Assembly: GCF_018977255.1 (NCBI RefSeq) | Contig: NW_024704743.1 | Span: 682,001 to 746,000, forward strand | Source: Callorhinchus milii | Lineage: Eukaryota | Length of the DNA stretch: 64,000 nucleotides | Reading direction: 5' to 3' | Shown here: positions 1 through 10,361 of the stretch, piece after piece | How positions within the stretch are numbered: the first letter of the stretch is position 1 | Layout: each line of letters begins with the position of its first letter | The notes under the pieces: generated by a model | Databases searched by the model: none | Told to the model about the DNA's origin: nothing | Seen by the model: the letters and a program-made list of their open reading frames with translations, nothing else | Translations under genes and position numbers: made by a program

Positions 1-216
1 AAGCAGCGCCTTGTATAAAGCCTCTTCTTACCTGGCTGGCAAAAGCCTCATTTATTTCAAACACCTCAATGTCATCTACGGTCAGACCTGGAGTTGGAGG
101 AAACGGGAGCCAAAAAAACAGTTAGTTCCGTTCGAAACGACCTGTTTATCGATCCCTTTTCGAGTCTTAAACCCCTTCCTTAAACGCGTAGGGAAAACTA
201 CAACAACTTGCATTTA

Positions 217-336
217 CAGGGCGACCAAAAAGTCCTGATATCGACCCGAATACCTAAAAGAAACAAAAAAAAATCATCGTTTCTTTAAGACTTATTCGAC
301 ATTGTAATGGTACGGCGCCTTTTTTTGGTCACTCTG
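217..336. mobile_element. Tc1/mariner-type MITE
   Basis: TIRs CAGGGCGACCAAAAA and TTTTTGGTCACTCTG (13/15 match). TA on the left, TG on the right. It interrupts an L2-like tail. Confidence 0.65.
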
Positions 337-444
337 TGTATAACGCCCCTCACGCAGGTTAGAGTCGCAGAGCCCTTAGGGCTTCCTGACTCGGTGTCTG
401 TCAGTTCCCTCTTGGCAGGGGAAGAGGGCAGTAATAACAATCAT

Positions 445-900
445 CATAGTAATAATCCTCGCATTTGATACAGCGCCTCATCACGTCTTCGAGACGTCTC
501 AAAGCGCTTCACGGGATGCACTTGTACAGTGCAGTGACTGTGTGTTTTGTGGGCGAAACGCGGCAGCCAATTGCGCGCAGCGACGTCCCCCACAAACAGC
601 CGTGGATTGCAGTGTCCAATTTATTAGTAATATTATTATTAATTTTATAAAGGGATTATTACCCCCGGAAAAACGATCAGCCAATCGACCAGCAACCCGG
701 GTTCTTACTTACTGCTGGGCAAACACGGGTGTGTGTGTGTGTGTGTGCGTGTGTGTGTGTGTGTGTATGTGTGCGCATGTGTGTGTGCGCGCAGAGTAAG
801 GAAACTTACCCAAGGTTTCGCCCTGACCAGCCCGGCCGGGAATCGAACCCGGGTCCTCTCGCTTGCGAGGCGAGAGCGCTCTAACCGCTGAGCCTCAGGG
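445..900 (-). mobile_element. Full-length tRNA(Ala-like)-derived SINE, the dominant family (dozens of copies and fragments in the window)
   Basis: Head with A-box and B-box GGTTCGATTCC plus a TCGCA anticodon-like loop. Internal (CA)n, a core GCTGTGCGCAATTGGCTGCCGCGTTTCGCCCACAAAA and a tail ...AAATGCAAGG(ATT)n. Confidence 0.9.
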
Positions 901-942
901 CTCCACGGATTGGTGCTAGAAGGAGAGCGAGCCCCATCTTAC

Positions 943-1122
943 CCGCTTTCTCCAGCGCTGCTGGGATGGCGTAAGCCGGTCCGACTCCCATGATGTCCGG
1001 CGGAACTCCCACCACGGCGTAGGAGCGGAGAACCCCCAACACCGGCAGCCCCAACTCCACAGCCTTGCTACGTTGGGCGACCAGCACCGCAGCTGCCCCA
1101 TCGCTCACTTGGCTTGAGTTTC
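943..1122 (-). CDS. ACAA1: ACAA1 coding exon 9 (NSSQVSDGAAAVLV...MGVGPAYAIPAALEKAG); later exons lie beyond position 1
   Basis: 180 nt, AG/GTAAGA bounded. GNSSQVSDGAAA thiolase motif. Confidence 0.95.
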
Positions 1123-1397
1123 CTTCAGAGTGTCAAAAACACAGCGCTTAGCGGCCAGGTCAGACCTGCGGCTCAGCGCTTAGAGCTCCTCGCCTCGCAA
1201 GCGAGAGGACCCGGGTTCGATTCCGGGACGGGGCCAAACCTTAGGCAAGTTTCCTTGGTTCGCAGGTTACTGCTGGGAAAGCAGAGGCACGAGCCTGGAG
1301 TAAGGAAACTTGGCCAACATTTCGCCCCGCCCGGGAGTCGAACCCGGGTCCTCTCGCTTGCGAGGCGAGGGCTCTAACCTCTGCGCTTTGGGAGCTC

Positions 1398-1880
1398 TCA
1401 ATTTTCCTTTTCAAGTACCTTTTGAGAGTTGATATTGATCGTTCCCCCCCCCCCCCCCCCTTTCAGGCACTGCATTCCAAACCATAACAACACTGTGTAA
1501 AAAAAACATTCCCCTCATCTCCTCTAATTCTTTTGCCAATTATCTTAAATCTATGTCCCCTGGTTACCGACCCATCTGCCAGCGGAAACAGTTTCTCCCC
1601 ATCTACTCTTTATCAAAACCCCTCATAATTTTGAACGCCTCTATTAAATCTCTCCTTAACCTTCTCTGCTCTGAGGAGAACCATCCCAGTTTCTCCAGTC
1701 TCGCCACGTAACTAAAGTTCCTCATCCCTGGTACCATTCAGGTAAATCTTCTAAATCACCCTATACAAGGCCTTGACATCCTTCCTAAAGTATGGTGCCC
1801 AGAATTGGACACAATACCCCAGCTGAGACCCAACCACTGACTTATAGAGGCTTAGAGGAACTTCCTTGCTTTTGCACTCA
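1398..1880 (-). mobile_element. CR1 LINE ORF2 3' fragment (degenerate)
   Basis: The reverse strand encodes YCVQFWAPYFRKDVKAL and RRLRRDLIEAFKIMRGF-like CR1 C-terminal motifs. Smaller CR1 pieces lie near 33100-33260, 46040-46210, 46860-46990, 54700-55070 and 55760-55900. Confidence 0.85.
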
Positions 1881-1943
1881 AATGTGGGGAGGACATCCCA
1901 AGGGCTCTGCACGTGAGAGGAGTGTGGGTGGTCAGTGCCAGAC

Positions 1944-2134
1944 CTGCGGTGGTCGTGCCGTTCTCCTTGAACGCGGGCGCCAGTTTGCGGAGCCCCTCCA
2001 GCGAGGTGCTAGGCCTCACCCCCTCGTCCCGGGTCACGGTGAGGGGCTGGGAACTACCCGTCTTGCCCGAGACAACGGTGGTCACCGGAACCATCTCCAC
2101 CTCAAACAGGCCCTCCTTCTGGGCACGAGCTGCC
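1944..2134 (-). CDS. ACAA1: ACAA1 coding exon 8 (AARAQKEGLF...DEGVRP...KLAPAFKENGTTTAG)
   Basis: 191 nt, AG/GT bounded. DEGxRP and TTAG motifs. Confidence 0.94.
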
Positions 2135-2620
2135 CTGGGTTTAATCCAAAACAAAAATCCTGTCAACTCTTCTCTCCTCCCCAACGTTGGACCGTCTAAC
2201 GAGAGAGGTCGGGTGGGGGGGGGAGCAGGGGGGGCGGGCGAAGAGATCAAGAGGTAGAGAGTGTGAGAGAGAAGAGAGTCACACACGGTGAGACAGAGAA
2301 AGAGACCCAGACAGATCGACGGAGAAAGTTGGGGTAGATGTGTAGATGGTGTATGAGAGCGGGTGTGGGGGCGGGGGGTTGGGGGGGGGAGGTGGACAGG
2401 TTGATATGGGGTCAGTGGGTCACAGAGGAACAAGGCCTTGGAAGGCTTTGAGGGCAAGGACGAGAATCTTGAACTCTATCCTCTGGGGGTGGGGGCGGTT
2501 TCCACACAGTCTGAAGGAGGTTCCTTCTTTTGTGATAACCTTCTCCCCCCTTCCTCAACCCCACCCCCGTTTCCTGTTGCCGACCCCATTCCCGAGAGAT
2601 TCCGATCCCGAGATGTTTAC

Positions 2621-2701
2621 TTCTGGTGGGAAGTCAGAGCGAAGGCGTCTTGACGTTCCCTGGAAATTCCAAACTGTTCGGCCACATTCTCCGAGGTCAA
2701 C
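2621..2701 (-). CDS. ACAA1: ACAA1 coding exon 7 ([27 protein letters not shown])
   Basis: 81 nt, read manually from the reverse strand. AG/GTAAAC bounded. Confidence 0.93.
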
Positions 2702-3135
2702 CTGCGTGAGAGAAAGAGAGAGAGAGGGGGGGGGGTAGGACCAGGTCAGAGTCTGAGACACCCCACTCCTCCCTCAGACCCCCCAGACCCCTCTCCCCCG
2801 CTCACACCCCCACCTCCTCCTTCGCTCCCCGCCCCCTTCCCCCACATTCCCCCCCCCACCCCTCACTCTCGCTTCTCCCACACCAACGCCCCCCGCCCCC
2901 TTCACCCACACCACCCCGGTTTGCAGTCCTCGGGCTAACTGTCACACGATTATACATTTTGCGCACAAGACGCACGGTCACTACACGTGACAGCGTATCC
3001 CTCGAAGAGCTTCGAGACGTCTCGAAGATGTGATGAGGCGTTGCTTCAAATGCAAGGATTATTTTATTATTATTATTATCATTATTTCCCCCTCCCACCC
3101 GTAAAACCCAGGACCCCTGACAGAGAGGGCGTTAC

Positions 3136-3243
3136 CCCATGGGGATGAGACACTGCCTGGCTTTCTCGTGCTCCATCATCCGGTCACTGACGTCCCCGAG
3201 GCTGGAAGGATCACCTGCGCTACGGAGGCTCATGCTCTCGACC
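3136..3243 (-). CDS. ACAA1: ACAA1 coding exon 6 (VESMSLRSAGDPSSLGDVSDRMMEHEKARQCLIPMG)
   Basis: 108 nt, AG/GT bounded. GVESMS thiolase motif. Confidence 0.93.
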
Positions 3244-3799
3244 CTACAACACAACCCGACATCAGTCACCGCGGCCTCCCTCCCCCCCCCCCACCAACCA
3301 CCCCTGTGCTGTGTGGCGTCCCAGAGCGGCTCAGGGCGTCCGAGTCTGAGAGGGAGGGACGAGGCGGAGGGATTGGGGGAGAGAGTTCCAGAGATTCGGG
3401 GGTAAACAGGAGGCCGGGGCCAGTCGAGCGGAGCCTGACACCGAGCTGCGGGGGGGGGAGTGGGGTGGTGGGAGGAGGGAGAGGTGACTGTAAGTACCAT
3501 CGAAGAGAAAGGTCTTCAGGCGCGACCCGAAAAGGGGGGAGGGAGGGGAGCAAGGCAGAGGGAGGACTATGTCCATTGAGGTGGACGTTAAATTCAAGGA
3601 AGTTCCTTCTCTCTGGTTGACAATTCGCCAGATAACATTGGTCACTCACCCCGTGGCTGTTTGTGGGGGCATCAGCAGTTGTCTACGGGGGTGGGGTGGG
3701 GTGTGTTGGGTGGGGGGGAAGGGGAGAAGAAGGGATATAATAGGATGTGGAACCAGATTGTGCTTCCAAAGCGTTGCTTATAGTTCTTGACTTACTTAC

Positions 3800-3842
3800 C
3801 CACAGGCCAGTCCGAGATCATAGGACCCGTTCCTAATACCTC
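3800..3842 (-). CDS. ACAA1: ACAA1 coding exon 5 (GIRNGSYDLGLACG)
   Basis: 43 nt, AG/GTAAGT bounded. Confidence 0.92.
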
Positions 3843-4539
3843 CTGAAATGGAGCGAGGAGCTGTGTGAATTTAATTACCACCCCCCACCCCCCCCGTTAC
3901 CACCCCGAGATCAACCCACGCCCCCACCAAACACACTGAACCCCCACTTCCCCACCAGCGCACATCACTCCCTCCCTCACTGTCCGCCCAGGTCACCTCT
4001 CACTGACTCCACACCCGCTCCTCTCTCCTCCCCCCCTCTCCCCCATTCAACGTTCAGGTCTCCCACCCACTTAGTGACTGCACTGCACATCAGATCCCCC
4101 CCCACCCTCCCCCTCCCCCAGGGTGAGCCCATTAGCAAGCGAGAGGATCCGGGTTCAATTCTTCGGCGAGCTTCCTCACTCCGCGCACACGCGCACACGC
4201 ACACACACACGCCTCTGTTTGCCCAGCAGGAAGTAGGATCGGTTTTCCGGGGGTAATAATCCCTCCCCCACCCCGAAAAATAATAATAATAATAATAATT
4301 TGTTGGTGGTGGAGCCCAATTCCTCCAAAAAAGATAATAATAATAATAATACTGAATAATCTGGTCACGGCTGTTTGTGGGGGACACGCAATCGGCCGCC
4401 GCCTTTCGCCCACAAAATACACAGTCACTACGCTTCACGGCGTATCCTGTGCAGCGCTTTGTGACGTGATAAGGCGCTGGGTCAGGCCTCACTGCTCCCC
4501 CCACCCCACCCCACCCCACACACGCACACAGCCACTCAC

Positions 4540-4619
4540 CTGCTATGTTGATGAAGGCCTGTAACCCGGATGAGCATTGCCTGTTCACGCAGCTGAGGGG
4601 GACAGTCTCTGGAATGCCA
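4540..4619 (-). CDS. ACAA1: ACAA1 coding exon 4 with catalytic Cys (GIPETVPLSCVNRQCSSGLQAFINIA)
   Basis: 80 nt, AG/GTGAGT bounded. NRQCSSGLQA is the thiolase acyl-enzyme Cys motif. Confidence 0.95.
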
Positions 4620-4867
4620 CTGAGAAGAGAGAAACGTATATATTTCTTTTTCGGGGGGTGGGGGGGGTGGGGGTGGGTTCGTGTCTGACGCACGGAGAAA
4701 CCCATCGCCGTTGCTTAAAAATATCCAAACCGAGCTGTGGATTCCGAGCCGGAAAATCCCAGAGATAGATCATTGTCGGGATGGAATGCGCTCTCTCTCT
4801 CGCTCTCGCTCTCTCTCACGCTCTCTCTCACGCTCTCTCTCTCTCTCACGCTCTCGCTGATAAATAC

Positions 4868-4925
4868 CTGAGAAACTGAGCCACTCTCGCCATGAAAGCT
4901 CCCGCTCCAGGCTGCAGCACGTTCC
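4868..4925 (-). CDS. ACAA1: ACAA1 coding exon 3 (NVLQPGAGAFMARVAQFLS)
   Basis: 58 nt, acceptor cctttccgtag, donor gtattt. Thiolase GNVLQPG motif. Confidence 0.93.
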
Positions 4926-5507
4926 CTACGGAAAGGCAAGAGGTCCGCTTAACATTTGGCGGCTGCACTTGGCTGAAACCGCGGAGGTTCGGGATTGTTT
5001 CCCCCAGAGAGCGGAGAAGGTCAAGCGGGAGGTTTCAATAGAGGCGATGAATTATCGGCGATTTCCGTAGCGTGGGCCGGGTGTTATAATCTCACCGCAG
5101 TTGGCCGCCCGCAAAAACATACAGTCACTACGCTTAACGCATACGCCGCAAAGCGCTTTGAGACTGTGTTGTATTTTTGTGGGCGAAACGGGGCAACCAA
5201 TTGCGCGCGGAGGCGTTCCCGCAAACAGTCGAGGATTGAGTGACCTTATTGCTATTAATAATATTTTTAAAGGGATTCTTGTCTTTTCACCCCGGAAAAA
5301 AAAAAATCCTTTACGAAATCTCCGCACTCCACAGTGATTCACTTGACAGTTTGTACGCTGTTCGCTACACAGACACCACGAGAAGTTTCCGCGTAAGCTG
5401 CCCGTTGGCGTCTTCACTAATGATTCCTTCCCCCCCACCCGCCCCCCGCCGTTCCTCCCCCCCAATCATCAATACAGGCTCAGTCCGTAGACACGCAGCA
5501 CAGTTAC

Positions 5508-5601
5508 CAACACAGATGTCGCCGAGGTGGTGTGGGCTCAGGTTGACATCTCTCAGTACCGCTGCCATGACAGTGGCCAACAGCTCATCGGGTGTAGTGC
5601 C
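5508..5601 (-). CDS. ACAA1: ACAA1 coding exon 2 (GTTPDELLATVMAAVLRDVNLSPHHLGDICVG)
   Basis: 94 nt, AG/GT bounded, phase-compatible with neighbouring exons. Confidence 0.93.
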
Positions 5602-6164
5602 CTACAGCAATGAAACGAGACCCGGTCACCCTCCGTCCCGGCAGCAAGATCTGTGTGTGTGTGTGTGCGTGTGCGTGCGCGTGTGCGTGAACCATAATAA
5701 TAATAATAATAATAATCCTTGCATTTGATACGGCGCCTTGTCACACCTTCGAGAACGTCTCAAAGCGCTTAACGGAACTCCCTGACACGTGGAATCGACT
5801 GTGTATTCTGTGGTTGGGGAGACAGCGGAGCCGGGCGAGGGCGAGGGCTGGGGGTGTGAAGGGGGAGGACACGGGCTGCGGGGTGCTGAGTGATCTGCGG
5901 CTCGCTGGGGGTGGGGGGTGGGGGTGGGGGGAAGAGTCGGGAAGGACGACAAGCAGGCGGATTTCCGGAGTAAAAAAAAAATCCCTTAAAAATAATAATA
6001 ATAATGATATTAATTTGGTCACTGAGTCACTCGACTGTTTCTGGGGACGTCGTTGCTGTGCGCAAATGGCCTGCTGCGTTTCGCCCACAAAATACGTAGT
6101 CACTACACTTTAAGGTATATTCCGTGAAGCGCTTTGAGACGTCTCGAAGGCGTGATAAGACGCA

Positions 6165-6515
6165 TATATATACACACACACACAAACATGTGCACACACA
6201 CACACATACACAAGCACATACACATATATACAAGCGCACGCGCACACACATATATACAAGCACACACGCACACACATATATACAAGTACACACACACATA
6301 TACAAGCGCGCACACACACACGCACATATATACAAGCACACACGCACACACATATATACAAGGTCACACACACACACATATACAAGCGCGCACACACACA
6401 CGCACATATATACAAGCACACACGCACACACATATGTACAAGGTCACACACACACACATATACAAGCGCGCACACACACACGCACATATATACAAGCACA
6501 CACACACACAAACAC
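6165..6515. repeat. (CA/TA)-based compound minisatellite
   Basis: Repeating CACACACATATATACAAG(C/GT) units. Confidence 0.9.
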
Positions 6516-6614
6516 ACAAGAGGGGGTCAGTGACCCCCATGTCGGCCACGTCACCACACACCACGCAGAGCCCTCTGTCTCCCTCCTGCCCTCCGCGCTG
6601 TGCCCCGGATTCAC

Positions 6615-6770
6615 CTTGAAGCACCCTCGCTTGGCTCTCCCTATGGGTGTCCTCAAGCCGTGTACCACCACCACGTCCTGGGGGCTGTCGGGCTGCCCGG
6701 CTCGGCAGGCACTCCGCTCCGGCCCGGAGCCCGAAGCCAAGTGACCGAAGATTATTTTCACCCTCTTCAT
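6615..6770 (-). CDS. ACAA1: Peroxisomal 3-ketoacyl-CoA thiolase, first coding exon (MKRVKIIFGHL...RTPIGRAKRGCFK)
   Basis: ATG at 6770, 52 codons, donor AAG|GTGAAT. PTS2 nonapeptide RVKIIFGHL and thiolase N-terminal motif DVVVVHGLRTPIG. Confidence 0.93.
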
Positions 6771-7370
6771 TTCCTGGGATTCCTGTGGATGTTTTTTTTG
6801 TGGGTGGGGGGGGGGTGGGGGGTGGGGGAGTGGGGGGGGTGGGAGGTGGGGAGTCACATTGCATCGTTACAACACGTCGCGTTTCAATCACTGTTACAAT
6901 TTAATCTTCATATTAATAATAATCCTTGCGTTTGATTCGGCGCCTTATCACGTCAGGACATACTGTAGAGTGTAGTGACTGTGTATATAGTGTGGGCGAA
7001 ACGCGGCAGCCAATTGCGCACAGCAGCGTACCGCACCCCCCCCCCCCGACACACACACACATTGTTAATCGATTGACCGATGGCTTTTCCGGGGGGTAAT
7101 AAACGGTTCGATAAATTGTGTGTATGTGTGTATGTGTGTGTGTGTGGTGGGGGGGGGGGGGGGTGGGGTGGTGGGGGGGAACGTGTCCTGCCAAGCGCTT
7201 GGGAGACGTCCCGATGGCGGGATGAGGACACCGGGTCGAACGCAGACAGTATTCATTAATTATTATATTTAATAACGTGCAATCACAGCAGCGGCACGAA
7301 CGCAACGTGGCCACTCTGCGGAGGGACCGGAGGGGACCACCGACCCCTCCCTCAGCTCAGCTCAGCTCAC

Positions 7371-7440
7371 CGGGCGACACCTCTGTCCGGATGCTCTCGG
7401 CCACCGCGTCTGCGCTGAGGATCAGCCCTCCTCCCTTCGT
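7371..7440 (-). other. ACAA1: ACAA1 putative non-coding first exon (5' boundary approximate)
   Basis: GC-rich unique segment ending in a strong donor CCG|GTGAGC (intron starts 7370). The next exon has an acceptor 12 nt before the ATG. Inferred, no transcript data. Confidence 0.5.
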
Positions 7441-9467
7441 GACGTGAAAAGCAGCTCCTGTATGGCAAGCGGCTACTGCCAAGTACTGCAAACAACAGCC
7501 GGTCGGCCGCACTGCCTCCTCCCCCCCATCCCCCTCCTCCTCCCCCCATCCCCCCTCCTCCTCCTCCCCTTTGCAATCCTGTCTGAACCACGTGCCTCAA
7601 AACACACAGTCGATTCACTTTACGGAGTGTCCCGCGAAGGGCTTTGAGAAGGCTCTCGGAGACGCCAGCGTTATTATTATTATTATTATTATTAATTATT
7701 ATTGACAAACCCGACAGGTTTGCGAAGCTCTCTCTCTCTCTCGAGACGTACGCAGAACATACTCTGAAGGGAATCGACTGCGTATTCTGTGGGCAGGAAC
7801 ACGGCAGCCAGTTGTGCACGGAGCGCCCCAAATTATTATTATTATTATTTACCCAACTATGGCCTCGGAAAGCGATCCGCCATTCCCCGAACAGCGAACC
7901 AACCGACCAACCTACCAACTCTCTGGGCTAACGAAGGGAGGCGCGCGGAGCAAGGAGACGTGCTCACTCGGCGCGACCGTCGGTCCCAAGGGCTGTTGAT
8001 AACGGACGAAATAATCTCCGCGCGTAGCACAGCGCCCTTCCACGTCAGGACATCGCAAAGCACTTCAACAACAAATTATATCTGCACATAGCGCCCTTCA
8101 CATCAGGACGTCCCGAGGCGCTAGTCAGGGGGTCCCGCTGAGCTGGTGGTTGGGATCAGTGGGTGTGGGAGTTGATTGAAGGCGCAATCGAACGGGGTGG
8201 GGGGGTATTGAAGGTGAGGGGACTTTGGGAGATCCCGACGCGCTGGTAACTTAATAATAATCATTGCATTTGGAAGAGCTCTTTACGGCTCGAATATACC
8301 GTGAAGTAAATTGACTGTGTACTTCGTGGGAGAACCTAATTTTTGGTGATCATTAAGCGTTGACCAGTGTCGCATCTGCTCCTCACCAACTCCCACGGTC
8401 TCCGCGTCTCGAGTTGACCGCCGTAAGATTGGGAGCCTTTAGGTCAGTTCTTCCAACGACCATTTCTAACATCTCGTAATCTTTCGACAATACTGCACGA
8501 CGCTAAAGATTCATTGATATTTATTTCGAACAAAAAATATTGTTTGAAAACCGTACACTTTGTCCACATGGATTTACACAATAGAAATGTTACAACAAAC
8601 ACTAAAGAGTGTTTTGCGATCAGTTTGTCAGTCTTGTTTTTTTTCTTAATAGTGCTCAGGTGTCCTGTTGGGTGTTGCCAGTCTCTCCTCGTATATATTT
8701 ATTATAATATTGGCATCACTTACTCCCGATGGCATAAACCCAGGTCTTGCGGGTCGCATTTAATGTCAGGACATTGGGGCTGTTCCTCCCGTCCTTTCAG
8801 TAACTATCTGATATAGCGCCTTATCACCTCTTCTGAGACGTCACAGAATACTGTAAAGTATATTTTGTGAGAGAAATGCGGGATTGGCAATTGCACACAG
8901 CAGTGCCCCACAAATAGTCGCGGATTTATTAGGATTCTTTTTTTTTGAAGGGATATTCTACCCCCGGAAAAGCGACTAACAACCGGGTTCCGGCTTACTG
9001 CCCGGTAAACAGAAGCGTGTGGAGTACATTTTGCCACTCTGGGAATCGAACCCAGGTCCTCTCGCTTGCGACGCAGAACCCCCCCCACCAATTTACGCCT
9101 ACGTGGTTTCAGTTTACAGGGTGAGGAGCAGAAGAGCCATCAATAAATAGCTGCAATGGTGAACCGAACACACGCTGGGATTTACCGAGTGACACCAGGC
9201 ACTCCCCAACACCGAGGGGGAGGGGGCGCGGAAGGTTTTATTTAGAACAATCCCCTGTGTCGGGTTCCGTTCACGTTTTCGTTGAGATCGGAGTATCTTA
9301 GGGCAGAGGTTCTGAAACGGAATAAGAAACAAGTTAGTCACTTGTTCTCGAAGTCCTTACGTTTTTTTCTTTGTCTTTCTCCCCCCACACCTCGTGAGAC
9401 ATTTCCTGCTTTCACTGCTGACCAGCCGAGCACTCACGTTAAGATGATGCCCCTCTTGTTACAAGAT

Positions 9468-9589
9468 AAATGTGTGAAGTTTCTATAACCTTGCTTTGCG
9501 GGAAGTTAAAGCAAGGTCTCAAACAACAATCAACAACAATCTAGCAAGTACCAGGAAAGGCACAGCCATGAGCTGACTGAGACTTGCTG
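9468..9589 (-). ncRNA. SNORA9: H/ACA box snoRNA, SNORA9 (ACA9)-like, copy 1
   Basis: Hairpin 1 is AGCAAGT...ACTTGCT. Hairpin 2 has a 10-bp stem ACCTTGCTTT/AAAGCAAGGT. It ends ACA-TTT. The segments TTTGAG..CCTTGC and GCAAGGTTATAGAAA match human SNORA9 as recalled. Intronic, same strand as the host gene. Confidence 0.8.
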
Positions 9590-10239
9590 TAAAGACTTGC
9601 ACGTGATAAATCTGGCCAACTACATCCCAGAGCCCCTCCGCCTCGCCCTCAGCTCCTCCTGGACCCTTCCTCTTTGATCGCTCCTTTGATTATCTTCCCA
9701 CCATCCTACCCTCCAGCTCGGGTGCAGCGCCTTGTCTGTCCAGCGCCTTGGGACGTCCTCCCCAAGTGACAGACGCTGTACAAGTGAAATCTGTTGTTTG
9801 TTGGAGCTGCATTACCTTATCGGTTGGGCCCCATTATATTTCTTAAGGAGCCACTTTAAATTGGTAGTAGCAAATAACCACTGGCAACAGCCCAACATAA
9901 TTCCTGCCACCGAATCTACCGCCAAACTCAAGACTGACAGGTTAAGATGCAACATACCCACCACACTGAGAACCAATAGCTACTTAGCCCCCACCCCAAC
10001 TTTGTACCGAGTGAAAAGATTACACAAAGGTAGGAGAAAAGTAAAAACCTTAACTAACACCGAAAAGAAAGCACGAACCCACCTGCGTGCTGTGAGCTCC
10101 TCGTGAAGAAAGCAAAGAGGCACGAGAGAGCCAAGGCCCCGCTTCACCAAATACCGCCATTCTGCAACAAAAAGGCAACCGAACCGGTACATTAACAAAC
10201 CCGGTCTGTGTGCTGACCAATAACATCGATGAACAGATT

Positions 10240-10361
10240 AACTGTGCGAGACTTCCTAACCTTTGTTCCTTAAGAGGAGTGAACAAAGCCTCAAATATCT
10301 CCCACGTCAATCTAGCAAGTACTCAGGAAGAGGCACAATCACAGACAGACCTGCCTTGCTG
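10240..10361 (-). ncRNA. SNORA9: H/ACA box snoRNA, SNORA9-like, copy 2
   Basis: Paralogue of copy 1: CAGCAAG start, TACTTGCTAGATTG hinge, TTTGAG and GGTTA pocket strands, CTTTGTTC/GAACAAAG stem, ACA-GTT end. It sits 78 nt upstream of the acceptor at 10162. Confidence 0.75.

Noticed and set aside
9540..9565. Resemblance of plus-strand CAAGTACCAGGAAAGGC to miR-26
   Set aside because: The seed does not match. The region is better explained as the minus-strand H/ACA snoRNA.
9114..10160. Spliced 91-aa ORF MAVFGEAGPW...LLLLTL in the host gene
   Set aside because: It lies downstream of stronger ATGs, runs through the AATAAA at 9237 and has no recognisable homology.
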